Positions 1-8,895 of a stretch of 64,000 bases of DNA are shown here, piece by piece (the first letter of the stretch is position 1; the number at the start of each line of letters is the position of its first letter). A program made the position numbers and the translations under genes. The DNA comes from an uncultured Candidatus Saccharibacteria bacterium. Its GTDB lineage: Bacteria; Patescibacteriota; Minisyncoccia; Phycocordibacterales; CAIRYW01. Where the stretch lies: assembly GCA_964446625.1 (NCBI GenBank), contig CAYUPH010000001.1, positions 70,283 to 134,282 of the forward strand, read 5' to 3'. The notes beneath the pieces were generated by a model. That model saw only the letters and a program-made list of their open reading frames with translations. It was not told the DNA's origin and did not search any database.

Positions 1-3000
1 ACTATTTGTGTTTTTATCTACATCTGTAAAAGTTAGCAGACTGTCCCGAGAACCAGATAAGGTTCCAACCAGATTCGCAGATGTTGTTGCTACAGTAGAT
101 GATGTGTTTGATCTATAGATATTAAATGTAATTGGTGAAACTCCAGCGTCTGAAGACACATGAACATCTATGTTTGCTTTTCCGTTTGGAGTAGCGGGGC
201 ACCACCCGGTTGCAGAAATAACAGGAGTTGCAACCGACGCTTTATCAGCTTGACAGCTTTTTATACTTGTACCCTTAGAACAAGACCAGTTCCAGTATAA
301 GTTATTAGAACTGCTCGTTACCGCGCTCGCTGTCGAGCCTGGAAGACACAAGTCAGCACTCGGTGTTGCCTCAAAGTTTCCTCCATTCGCATCTCCACAA
401 CCTGCTTCATTTAAATTAATTGAACAGCTTGCTTTTGATCCTGTACCGTCAGAGCGATTGTTACACTCCCAGTAGTGAACTGAAGAAGTATCGGCAGTCG
501 TTCCTTCCATAAAATATCCACTCTCGCACTCGTTCTCAACGGTTGAACACACAGCCGGTGCCCTAAAGTAGGGCGCTGAACAAACCGCTGTTTTATTTTG
601 TGAAATACACTGCCATCTATACCATCCTTCTGAGTTTGATTTTTTCTCAGTTGTAAAATCCACGGGAGCCCCAATAGAACAAAGTTGCTCTGGAGGAAAA
701 TCAGTTATAACTTTTCCTAGTCCCAATTGACGGCCGTCTGCAAATGGTCCACAAGAAGGATTAAGAGTTGGGGTTCCTGTCATTGTCGCGCTACACGAAA
801 CATCTTTTGATGAGTCAGATCCTTTACATTTCCATGTAAGATTTCTTGAGTTTGTAGGACTTGTAATTTCAACACCTCCGTGAGACGCACACAGCACTCC
901 GTCTGCGGTAAGGTTCGTACTCTGTGGTACATTTGTTTGCCCATCGAGAGTTCCACACTCCCCGTTAAATGTAACATCTGCTAAACATGTCACATCTTCA
1001 GAGGCAATTTCTCCCTTACATATCCAACTATACCGTCGAATTCCATTGACGAGAGTTGGTCCTACAAATGATGAAGCAAAAGAATTTGAACAAAGATTCG
1101 TGTCACTTGCTGACGGAACTGTAGTTCTATCACCGGCTCCCGCCCCACAAACACCAGCAAGACAGTTGAAGTCTGCTTTTATTACATTTGAAAGCGCGGA
1201 TTCGCTACCATCTTTTTCTGCAGTGACCGCATAGTAATAATCCTTTGGTCTTCCATCTGTTAAATGGTCAGTAAATGTGGTTCCTGTTTGATTCGATGAT
1301 ACTTTTGTTACTCCCGAAGCAGTTGTGCTAGTGAATGTTGTAGCTGATTTGTACACATTGTATGTAACTCCTTGCGTAACTGAGGCAGTCCAAGAAAGTG
1401 GTACATCAAGAAGACTACAACTTAGGTTACCCACAACAAGATTTGTGGGTGCATGTGGTTTTACTTTGAAATCTATGTACTGGAGTACATAGTTGTTGTA
1501 ACAACCATTTACATGATGCACAAAAAAGTAAAATCTATATTCACCAGGTTCATTTGGAACAGTAAATGTGCCAAGTTCTGCATTTGGTGTATCTCGACTA
1601 CACCCAGGTGTTGCACATTCACCACTTCCTGTAAGCCACGCAACATACGGCACAGAGGACAAAACTGAAGAGGTTTTACCTGAGTCAGAAATAATCTGTG
1701 CAATACCTAATCTACTCTCTGCTCCACTAAATGTTGAGTATGCGCTTGCGGGAATCACAAGAGCCTCTGCATCAGACTTTTTTAGAATATATCCTGCCGC
1801 ATTCCCTGATACAGCTGAGTTCGCACATGAACTATAGGTGTAGTATCCGTATACCGTAAATTGCTCACCCGGATTGAATTCTTGATTATCAGCAATTCCT
1901 GAAAAAGAAATACTTATTCCCGGATCCGGACACCTACTGTTTGTTAGGTTCCTACTTGAGAAAACAAGTGCACCCGCATCAGCTGTTTGAGTAAAAGTAA
2001 GGGACGCAACAAGTGCAAACACTGCAATAGCTCCAATTTTCAAAAATCTTTTTCTATTTTTCCAAAGAAGAGCGATCAGAATGATTGCAACCACAAGACT
2101 AAGAAGTCCAACGAGAGCTGCTTTTTTATAATAATTAAATTGAATTTTATCAAAGTCTGCTGATAATTTTGTGGTTTTTTCTGCAAGAACCTTTCCTTCA
2201 CTACTCACTACTTCAATTTTTGCAATAAGTGCCTTTGCGTCTTTTTCTGCTGAGAGTGTGACATATTTGAGCCCAGCATCATTTGCTTTGAGCGTCATAC
2301 TAGTTTCGCCAACTGTCCTTCCTATCTCGTTTTTTACAATAACTTTTACTTGGTGGTCGCCGTATACATTCTGGTTGTCTGTGCTTAAAATGTCACCAGG
2401 CACGCCTCCAACATCAAAACTTACATTTAAAACGTCACCTTTTTTTACGCTATTTTTGTTTGATGTAATTGCTCCCACCGTCGCAATGTCTCCTGATATT
2501 ACGTACCTAAAACTGTACGGACTTGATCGTGATACACCAGTTTCGTCAAGAAAATCAAGTCTTCCTTCGTATACACCAGGTGCGTAATCAAAGGTCGGCA
2601 AACTTACTCTTACCTCTTTTTTTTCTTTTGTCTTTAAAGAAACACCCCCTTCATTCGATTTAACATCTGTCCAATTTCCTTCTTTATCATTCGGATTCCA
2701 TTTTCTAACTCGCACTGACGGAGTAACACTTACTTCTTTTGTATCACTGTTTTCAATAGTAAGTAAGAGTTCAGCAGTTTTTGGATCTCGGTCTTTATAA
2801 ATCATTGGACCTTCAGTGAGTCCAGTTTTTTTACCATTTGAAAGAAGAATATAACCAGAGAGCATATTTACTGGACTCATTTGTCCAGTTACTACAACAT
2901 TCTTCTGGACTTCACCCGAAACCATCTTTCCTCCGTGGTATACAAGAAGATCCAAAGAAAGATTGTCTTTATATAGTGAACGAGGAAGCACAAACTCAAA

Positions 3001-3324
3001 CTCTCGTGTAAGTCCTGATTTTGGAGCAATAACGAACTCTCCAACAAGATCTTCTGAGTAAACAACACTCTTTTGTTTTTTTGCATTTTCATAGAGAATA
3101 TTCACTTTGAGCGTCATCTCTGTAGCCGTGCGGTCAGAAAAGTTTTCAATTTTTATAGAACCTTTTATATTCTCCCCAGCAACAAGGTTTTCTGGAACAG
3201 AAAGTTCTGAAACCTTAACAGAAGGAAACCAAACAAGTCGTTCACCTGCTTGCCCAAATGCAGGCACCACCGCAACAAAAGCTAGTGCAGTAGAGAAAAT
3301 GAGAGAACAAATTTTTTTAAACAT
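1..3324 (-). CDS. Large surface/secreted protein (>1108 aa, runs off the left edge; absent from the ORF track): signal peptide, Ig-like region, two hydrophobic helices, FN3-like domain, Cys/Trp repeats
   Basis: Hand translation from ATG 3324 (MFKKICSLIFSTALAFVAVVPAFG...) stays open to base 1. FN3-like stretch PHAPTNL...VPLSWTAS...YNVYK...YYYAVTA...ES. Five C-G..LC..WxC..C repeats at about 250-1165. Confidence 0.85.
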   Translation of the reverse strand, partial: MFKKICSLIFSTALAFVAVVPAFGQAGERLVWFPSVKVSELSVPENLVAGENIKGSIKIENFSDRTATEMTLKVNILYENAKKQKSVVYSEDLVGEFVIAPKSGLTREFEFVLPRSLYKDNLSLDLLVYHGGKMVSGEVQKNVVVTGQMSPVNMLSGYILLSNGKKTGLTEGPMIYKDRDPKTAELLLTIENSDTKEVSVTPSVRVRKWNPNDKEGNWTDVKSNEGGVSLKTKEKKEVRVSLPTFDYAPGVYEGRLDFLDETGVSRSSPYSFRYVISGDIATVGAITSNKNSVKKGDVLNVSFDVGGVPGDILSTDNQNVYGDHQVKVIVKNEIGRTVGETSMTLKANDAGLKYVTLSAEKDAKALIAKIEVVSSEGKVLAEKTTKLSADFDKIQFNYYKKAALVGLLSLVVAIILIALLWKNRKRFLKIGAIAVFALVASLTFTQTADAGALVFSSRNLTNSRCPDPGISISFSGIADNQEFNPGEQFTVYGYYTYSSCANSAVSGNAAGYILKKSDAEALVIPASAYSTFSGAESRLGIAQIISDSGKTSSVLSSVPYVAWLTGSGECATPGCSRDTPNAELGTFTVPNEPGEYRFYFFVHHVNGCYNNYVLQYIDFKVKPHAPTNLVVGNLSCSLLDVPLSWTASVTQGVTYNVYKSATTFTSTTASGVTKVSSNQTGTTFTDHLTDGRPKDYYYAVTAEKDGSESALSNVIKADFNCLAGVCGAGAGDRTTVPSASDTNLCSNSFASSFVGPTLVNGIRRYSWICKGEIASEDVTCLADVTFNGECGTLDGQTNVPQSTNLTADGVLCASHGGVEITSPTNSRNLTWKCKGSDSSKDVSCSATMTGTPTLNPSCGPFADGRQLGLGKVITDFPPEQLCSIGAPVDFTTEKKSNSEGWYRWQCISQNKTAVCSAPYFRAPAVCSTVENECESGYFMEGTTADTSSVHYWECNNRSDGTGSKASCSINLNEAGCGDANGGNFEATPSADLCLPGSTASAVTSSSNNLYWNWSCSKGTSIKSCQADKASVATPVISATGWCPATPNGKANIDVHVSSDAGVSPITFNIYRSNTSSTVATTSANLVGTLSGSRDSLLTFTDVDKNTNS

Positions 3325-3370
3325 ACGAATAATAGTTTTTATAATAATATTTTCTTAATTCTACCACCCT

Positions 3371-3398
3371 TTGACAAAATCGAGCAAAAGCGTATAAT
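3371..3398 (+). promoter_or_regulatory. Sigma70-type promoter of nusA
   Basis: TTGACA (3371-3376), 16 bp, TATAAT (3393-3398). Confidence 0.8.
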
Positions 3399-3406
3399 GT
3401 GGATAA
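3398..3406 (-). promoter_or_regulatory. Perfect DnaA box next to the nusA -10 element
   Basis: TGTGGATAA, reverse complement of TTATCCACA. Confidence 0.55.
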
Positions 3407-3426
3407 CAGTCTAGAAATTCCGAAAA

Positions 3427-3458
3427 AGGTCTGCCGCGAGGCGGACTTTATTGTTTTC
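3427..3458 (+). terminator. Attenuator-like hairpin in the nusA leader (rimP/nusA-leader-like)
   Basis: AGGTCTGCC-GCGA-GGCGGACTT followed by a T-rich tract, between promoter and nusA start. Confidence 0.55.
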
Positions 3459-3502
3459 TGACTAAAACGGCTCGAAATTAAAGAAAATAACAAAAAAACA
3501 CC

Positions 3503-4741
3503 ATGTTTGACCTAAAAGTAATACATTCTGTCCTCTCTCAACTAGAAGAAGAGCGTGGAATCCCAAGACAAAAAGTAATCGAGGCTATAGAACTAGCTCT
3601 CGCAACAGCATATAAGAAGGAATACGGTAAAAGAGGCCAGATTGTACGGGCTACTTTTGACCCTGACACTGGAAAAACTGACTTCGTACAGGTAAAAGTT
3701 GTCGTAGACAACACTCAAGTTGTAATGGAGGACGAAGAAGTAGCTCCGGACGACGAGAGAATCAGATACAATGAAGAGCACCATATTCTTATAGATGACG
3801 CTAAAAAGATTAAAAAAGACGCTGCTCTCGACGACGAAATCGTATTTCCCCTTGAAAGTAAAGCTGATTTTGGCCGAATCGCTGCCCAAACAGCAAAGCA
3901 AGTAATCATTCAAAAGATTAGAGAAGCGGAAAAAGTCTCTGTTTTTGGAGAATACGGTGAAAAGGAAGGCACAATTGTCACAGGAAGCGTTCAGAGGATT
4001 GAGCGGGGAAACATCTTTTTTGACATGGGACGCGCCTCTGGAATCCTCCCCTACGAGGAGCAAATTCCTGGAGAAAGATACCGACAGGGAGAAAAAATTC
4101 GAATGTACCTCACAAAAGTAGAGGAAACTCCAAGAGGGGTCTTCCTCCGTCTCTCTAGGGCACATCCTAAATTCCTAGAGAAACTCTTTGAAAACGAAGT
4201 ACCTGAGCTTACAGCCGGAACTATCGAGATTAGAGCAATCGCAAGAGAAGCAGGGTCACGCTCAAAGGTTGCTGTGTACTCAAATGACACTCATATTGAC
4301 CCAATTGGTTCAATGGTAGGTCAGAGAGGAGTTCGTGTTTCAACTGTAATGAGCGAACTAGGAGGTGAGAAAATTGATATTATAGAGTGGTCAAATGACC
4401 CTGAAATCTTTGTTTCCGACTCTCTTTCACCTGCAAAAGTGGAATCAGTCGTCGTAGACAACACTGCAAACACTGCAACGGTTGAAGTTACTGAAGACCA
4501 GCAGTCGCTTGCCATTGGTAAAGGAGGACAAAATGTTCGTCTTGCAGCAAAACTTACTGGATACAAGATTGATATCAAATCAATCAAAGGAAACGGCGAA
4601 GCAGTAGAAGAAAAAGCTCCTGTAGCAAATGAGGTAGAAGATGATGACGAAGGCTACAGCGACCTTTCTTCAGTAAACCTAAGTGACGATACTCAAAACG
4701 AAGAGGAAACTACACCTGAAAATACAGAGGAAAACGCATAA
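3503..4741 (+). CDS. nusA: Transcription termination/antitermination factor NusA
   Basis: FGRIAAQTAKQVIIQKIREAE, S1 domain, KH domains (AREAGSRSK, AIGKGGQNVRLAAKLTG), acidic tail. Confidence 0.97.
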   Translation: MFDLKVIHSVLSQLEEERGIPRQKVIEAIELALATAYKKEYGKRGQIVRATFDPDTGKTDFVQVKVVVDNTQVVMEDEEVAPDDERIRYNEEHHILIDDAKKIKKDAALDDEIVFPLESKADFGRIAAQTAKQVIIQKIREAEKVSVFGEYGEKEGTIVTGSVQRIERGNIFFDMGRASGILPYEEQIPGERYRQGEKIRMYLTKVEETPRGVFLRLSRAHPKFLEKLFENEVPELTAGTIEIRAIAREAGSRSKVAVYSNDTHIDPIGSMVGQRGVRVSTVMSELGGEKIDIIEWSNDPEIFVSDSLSPAKVESVVVDNTANTATVEVTEDQQSLAIGKGGQNVRLAAKLTGYKIDIKSIKGNGEAVEEKAPVANEVEDDDEGYSDLSSVNLSDDTQNEEETTPENTEENA

Positions 4742-4766
4742 TTTATTAGTATTTAACAAAAAATCT

Positions 4767-5291
4767 ATGAATCTATGGCACGATATACCTGCTGGAGAAG
4801 CTGATGAGATCAATGTCATCATCGAAAATCCAAAAGGAAACAAGAACAAGTACGAAATTGATAAGAAAACAGGCCTTATTGCACTGGACCGGGTAATGCA
4901 CACATCTCAGGATTTTCCGTTTGACTACGGTTTTGTTCCGCAAACACTGTGGGAAGACGGAGACCCACTTGATGTTGTTGTTCTTACAACTTACCCCCTT
5001 CACCCTGGAGTGCTTGTTCGAGTGCGGCCAATTGCACGCATGGATATGAATGATAGTGGTGATGATGACGTAAAAATCATTGCCGTACCTTGTGAAGACC
5101 CAAGATGGGCAGATGTAAAAGACCTTGGAGACATAAACAAGCACACAGTAAAAGAATTTGAACACTACTTCCTTACTTACAAAAACCTTCAGAACAAGAA
5201 AGTTGAAGTAAATGGCTGGAGCGGAGCAGAAAAAGCAAAAGAAGCTTTCGAGAAAAGCCAAGCTCTCTACAAAGAAAAATTCCAAAAATAA
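4767..5291 (+). CDS. ppa: Family I inorganic pyrophosphatase
   Basis: KNKYEIDK, DYGFVPQT, EDGDPLDV motifs; start moved to MNLWHD at 4767. Confidence 0.95.
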   Translation: MNLWHDIPAGEADEINVIIENPKGNKNKYEIDKKTGLIALDRVMHTSQDFPFDYGFVPQTLWEDGDPLDVVVLTTYPLHPGVLVRVRPIARMDMNDSGDDDVKIIAVPCEDPRWADVKDLGDINKHTVKEFEHYFLTYKNLQNKKVEVNGWSGAEKAKEAFEKSQALYKEKFQK

Positions 5292-5301
5292 ATTACACCA
5301 C

Positions 5302-5335
5302 AGAAAAAAACGCCAAAACAAAGGCGTTTTTTTCT
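5302..5335 (+). terminator. Intrinsic terminator after ppa
   Basis: AGAAAAAAACGCC-loop-GGCGTTTTTTTCT. Confidence 0.7.
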
Positions 5336-5453
5336 TTTGCACCAAAATAGGTGAAAGATGTCTCGAAAAAAAGTATAATAGAGAGGTGTTTGAATACCTT
5401 TTCTACTATCAAACACTATTGTTCAAACACTATTGTTAGTTAACAAAAAAATA

Positions 5454-6197
5454 ATGAAAAACAAGTATATTATTCTTACATTACTCGCACTCCTTGCTTC
5501 CCCCGCACTTGCAGGTGCTGAAGAAGGAAAACAAGGACCTCGTAAGGAAATAAATGAGATGCGCGGAGAAATGCGAAAGGAAGTTAGTGAGAAAAAAGAT
5601 GAACTCAAAACTGACAGACAAGAAAAGAGACAGGAAATTAAAGACATGCGCGCGGCTTCTTCAACAAAGGAAGAAATTCGAGCACGAATTAAAACCTTAG
5701 AAGAAGAATGGAAAGAAAAGAAATCTCTTACAAAAGAAGAAATTCAAAAAAAGAGAGAAGAATTTAAAGCAAAAGCAAAGGAATTTCTCGCAAACTTCAA
5801 AGAAGGTAAAAAACAAAAGCTCGACGCGGCAAAAACTGAAAAAGTAAAAACTCAAATTTCTAAAGCGTTCGAAAGACTATCAGGAGTGATTAAAAATCTT
5901 GAAGCTTTTGATGCAAAAGTAGCAGGAGCGATAGAAAAGAAAAAAGCGAAAGGTTTAGACACGACAGAAAGTGAAAATAACCTAAGTGCAGCTCGAGACC
6001 TTCTCTCTGATGCAAAAGCAGATGTAGAAGCAGTTCAGACAGCACTAAATGAAGCTGTTGGAAGCGCTGAGGGAACTTCAAAAGAAGCGATTCGAGCGGC
6101 AGTAACAAAAGCAATTGAGTCAATCAAAAATACAAGAGAAGCATACAGAAAAGTAATCACTTCTCTACCGAAAGGAGATGACGACACTCAAAACTAA
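5454..6197 (+). CDS. Secreted Lys/Glu-rich coiled-coil protein, unknown function
   Basis: Signal peptide MKNKYIILTLLALLASPALA followed by long charged helices. Confidence 0.75.
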   Translation: MKNKYIILTLLALLASPALAGAEEGKQGPRKEINEMRGEMRKEVSEKKDELKTDRQEKRQEIKDMRAASSTKEEIRARIKTLEEEWKEKKSLTKEEIQKKREEFKAKAKEFLANFKEGKKQKLDAAKTEKVKTQISKAFERLSGVIKNLEAFDAKVAGAIEKKKAKGLDTTESENNLSAARDLLSDAKADVEAVQTALNEAVGSAEGTSKEAIRAAVTKAIESIKNTREAYRKVITSLPKGDDDTQN

Positions 6198-6222
6198 ATT
6201 ATAAAAACAACAAATAAAGCAC

Positions 6223-6492
6223 ATGGATACATCAAACAATATGCCTCTACCTAGAAACCCTGACCTAGAAGGATCATTTGGTTCAAAAGTAGCAATCGTT
6301 ATTATCGTACTTATTGTTCTACTTGGTGGCGCATATTTCTTCATGACACGAAACAGCCAAAAAATGGACAATGTGCAAACTGAAGAGACAGTTACTTCCC
6401 CTTCTGGAGAAGAACTTCAAAGTGAACTTGATTCAAGTACAAATGTCTCAGTAGATGCAGAGCTTAGTAACATCGATAAGGAGTATAAATAA
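6223..6492 (+). CDS. Small single-pass membrane protein
   Basis: One TM helix (VAIVIIVLIVLLGGAYFF), acidic C-terminus, terminator follows. Confidence 0.7.
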   Translation: MDTSNNMPLPRNPDLEGSFGSKVAIVIIVLIVLLGGAYFFMTRNSQKMDNVQTEETVTSPSGEELQSELDSSTNVSVDAELSNIDKEYK

Positions 6493-6506
6493 ACAAAATA
6501 CTCTGC

Positions 6507-6540
6507 CTCCGCCGCTCCCGAAGGGAGCGGCGGAGTTTTT
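6507..6540 (+). terminator. Intrinsic terminator
   Basis: CTCCGCCGCTCCC-GAA-GGGAGCGGCGGAG-TTTTT. Confidence 0.85.
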
Positions 6541-6601
6541 CTTGTCTTTTTTCTTTTGGCGTGTAATATAGGGAAACATTTAATAAATACTAAAGTCACC
6601 A

Positions 6602-7591
6602 ATGATAAAGATTATAAAAAACGAAAAAGGGGCAGATTCGACACGCACACTAGAGGTTGAAATCGCGTGGGCAGCAGTCGAAAAAAGCAAGGAAAAAACT
6701 TTCGAGAGTCTAAAAAACACTTTTGAGCTTCCTGGCTTTCGAAAAGGAAAAGTGCCCGAAAAAATGATTCTAGAAAAAGTTGGCGAAGAGGCTCTCCTTG
6801 AAGAGTCCGCTCAAAACGCTATCGAAGATGTCTACGGCGACATTATGAAAGAAGCAAACATCTTTCCAGTTGCAATGCCTCGAGTTGTTATCAAAAAAAT
6901 CGAGAGTGGCTCTCCACTTCTTATTGAAATTCTTGTTGATGTATTTCCAGAAATCTCTATCGGAGACTGGAAGAAAAATGCTTCAAAAGTAAAAGTAGAA
7001 ACTCCAGAAGAAGTCACAGAAAAAGAAGTAGAAGATGTTGTCGCAGAAATTACACGAATGCGTGCCCCTGAAGGAGGAACCCTTACAGATGATTTCGTCA
7101 AAACTCTAGGAGATTTTAAAGATATTCAAGATTTTAAAGACAAGATAAAAGATAACCTTGCAAAAGAAAAGGAGCGAAAAGCAAAAGAGAAAACAAGACT
7201 TGCGAAACTAAAGGCTGTCACAGATGGAGCGAGTATTGAAGTACCGCACTCTTTTGTTGAAAACGAGCTGGAGCAAATGAAGCACGAGTTCTCTGTTGAC
7301 CTTGAACAAAGTGGAGAGAATTTTGAAAACTACAAAAAGCAGATTGGAAAAACAGATGCAGAGATTTTTGACCTTTGGCGACCAAAAGCAAAAGACCGAG
7401 TACTAAATGAACTTGTTCTCTCAGAAATTATTAAAACCGAAAAACTCACTGCTGACGCAGAAAAACAAAAGCACGAAGTAGAGCATTTAAAAGAGCACTA
7501 CCCAGACGCAACAGATGAAAAGCTAAACAATTTCGTTTCTGACTTACTAAAAAAAGAAGAAGCATTTAAACTTCTCGAAAGTCTCTCATAA
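6602..7591 (+). CDS. tig: Trigger factor, short form without an evident FKBP domain
   Basis: Ribosome-binding motif PGFRKGKVP and C-terminal chaperone domain; only 329 aa. Confidence 0.9.
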   Translation: MIKIIKNEKGADSTRTLEVEIAWAAVEKSKEKTFESLKNTFELPGFRKGKVPEKMILEKVGEEALLEESAQNAIEDVYGDIMKEANIFPVAMPRVVIKKIESGSPLLIEILVDVFPEISIGDWKKNASKVKVETPEEVTEKEVEDVVAEITRMRAPEGGTLTDDFVKTLGDFKDIQDFKDKIKDNLAKEKERKAKEKTRLAKLKAVTDGASIEVPHSFVENELEQMKHEFSVDLEQSGENFENYKKQIGKTDAEIFDLWRPKAKDRVLNELVLSEIIKTEKLTADAEKQKHEVEHLKEHYPDATDEKLNNFVSDLLKKEEAFKLLESLS

Positions 7592-7626
7592 TAAAAAAGC
7601 CCTCCGCTTTGCGGAGGGCTTTTTTA
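7592..7626. terminator. Bidirectional terminator between tig and rsmE
   Basis: AAAAAAGCCCTCCGC-TTT-GCGGAGGGCTTTTTT. Confidence 0.85.
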
Positions 7627-8319
7627 AATCCCTGCAAAAGCAAGTGCTGCAATTGCAGCAGTTTCGGCTCGAAGCGTAAGGGATCCAAGTGAAATAGTTT
7701 GAGTATTATATTTTTCAAAAATTTCTTTTTCTTTTTCACTCCACCCTCCTTCAGGCCCAATAAAAATTGAGAGCGTGCTTCCAAAATCAAAATCTTTTGC
7801 AGAAACTCCGTCCATGTCACAAATAATTATTTTTCTTTCTTCTTTACTTTCTTTTTCGAGTGCATCTTGAAGATTCGTACTTCCGCAAAGAACAGGCACA
7901 TCTCCTCGCCCTGATTGTTCACTTGCTTCCATTAAAATCTTTTCTATTCTCTCGGGATTTAAATTTTTCAGAAGGGTCCTTTCTGTGCAAAGGGGTACAA
8001 TTCGACTCACTCCTAGCTCTGTCGCTTTTTCAGAAACTAATTCAAAATTTTCTTTCTTTATAACTGACATGTAAAGTGTAATATCTTTAGAAAACTTTCT
8101 GACTTCTCTTTCTGCACCAATTTTGATTACCAAATCATCTTTTGTGATTCGAACTATCTCGGCTTCTTTTTCTGTTCCATCTCCATTAAAAATAATTATT
8201 CCCTCTCCGCTCCCAAGACGAAAAACATTTTTAATTTGGTGGATTATCCTTTCTTCAGTAATCCGCACTTCGGCACCACTGCCTATCTTTTCTTTTACAA
8301 AAAATCTATGTAGTCTCAT
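7624..8319 (-). CDS. rsmE: 16S rRNA m3U1498 methyltransferase
   Basis: EKATELGV, EASEQSGR, IGPEGGW, LRAETA; start at MRLHRFF. Confidence 0.95.
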   Translation of the reverse strand: MRLHRFFVKEKIGSGAEVRITEERIIHQIKNVFRLGSGEGIIIFNGDGTEKEAEIVRITKDDLVIKIGAEREVRKFSKDITLYMSVIKKENFELVSEKATELGVSRIVPLCTERTLLKNLNPERIEKILMEASEQSGRGDVPVLCGSTNLQDALEKESKEERKIIICDMDGVSAKDFDFGSTLSIFIGPEGGWSEKEKEIFEKYNTQTISLGSLTLRAETAAIAALAFAGI

Positions 8320-8320
8320 A

Positions 8321-8824
8321 TTACACTCCAAAATTTCTAAAGAAGATTCCAACTATGTATGCAATCGACGCCGCTACCCCTCCAACAAATACGGTCTCTG
8401 CGCATGTGACAAAAATATTTTTGTGTGTAATCCGTCCTCTTGCGTATCCTGTAAAAAGAAACGCAAGAAATGTTCCAATAATAGAGTAAACAAATTGTTC
8501 AGTCTTACTAAGTCCAAGTGCAAGAGAAAAAATAAATGGTATGAGAGGTACAATCCCCACAATCACAAAAGCAAAGAAAGTAGTAAGCGCTGAGTAAATT
8601 GCAGTGTGGTGGTGCCTGTCATCTTCCTCAGACTTTTTTGCAAGAAAGTTTGATGCCGCCATAGAGAAGCCGTCTGCAAGCACATTCGAAATTCCGAGCA
8701 CAAGTACAACAAGTGGTGAAAGGTCCGCTCCATACACACCTCCAATAATTGCAAATGTAGTCACTACTCCATCAATTGCTCCGTACACTCCGTCTGGCAA
8801 ATACTTTTTTATTTTCTGCTTCAT
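8321..8824 (-). CDS. VIT1/CCC1-family metal transporter
   Basis: VYGAIDGVVTTFA and NVLADGFSMAASN motifs, several TM helices. Confidence 0.85.
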   Translation of the reverse strand: MKQKIKKYLPDGVYGAIDGVVTTFAIIGGVYGADLSPLVVLVLGISNVLADGFSMAASNFLAKKSEEDDRHHHTAIYSALTTFFAFVIVGIVPLIPFIFSLALGLSKTEQFVYSIIGTFLAFLFTGYARGRITHKNIFVTCAETVFVGGVAASIAYIVGIFFRNFGV

Positions 8825-8895
8825 GCTTCTATACTAGCATATTTAAAATCACTTGGACTGCTTTTAGTTTTAAATAAAAAATGTAATATATTCCT

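Noticed and set aside
1-3358. Apparent ORF-poor region suggesting a pseudogene or alternative genetic code
   Set aside because: A single minus-strand frame is open throughout and merely lacks a stop inside the window; the short track ORFs here are shadows.
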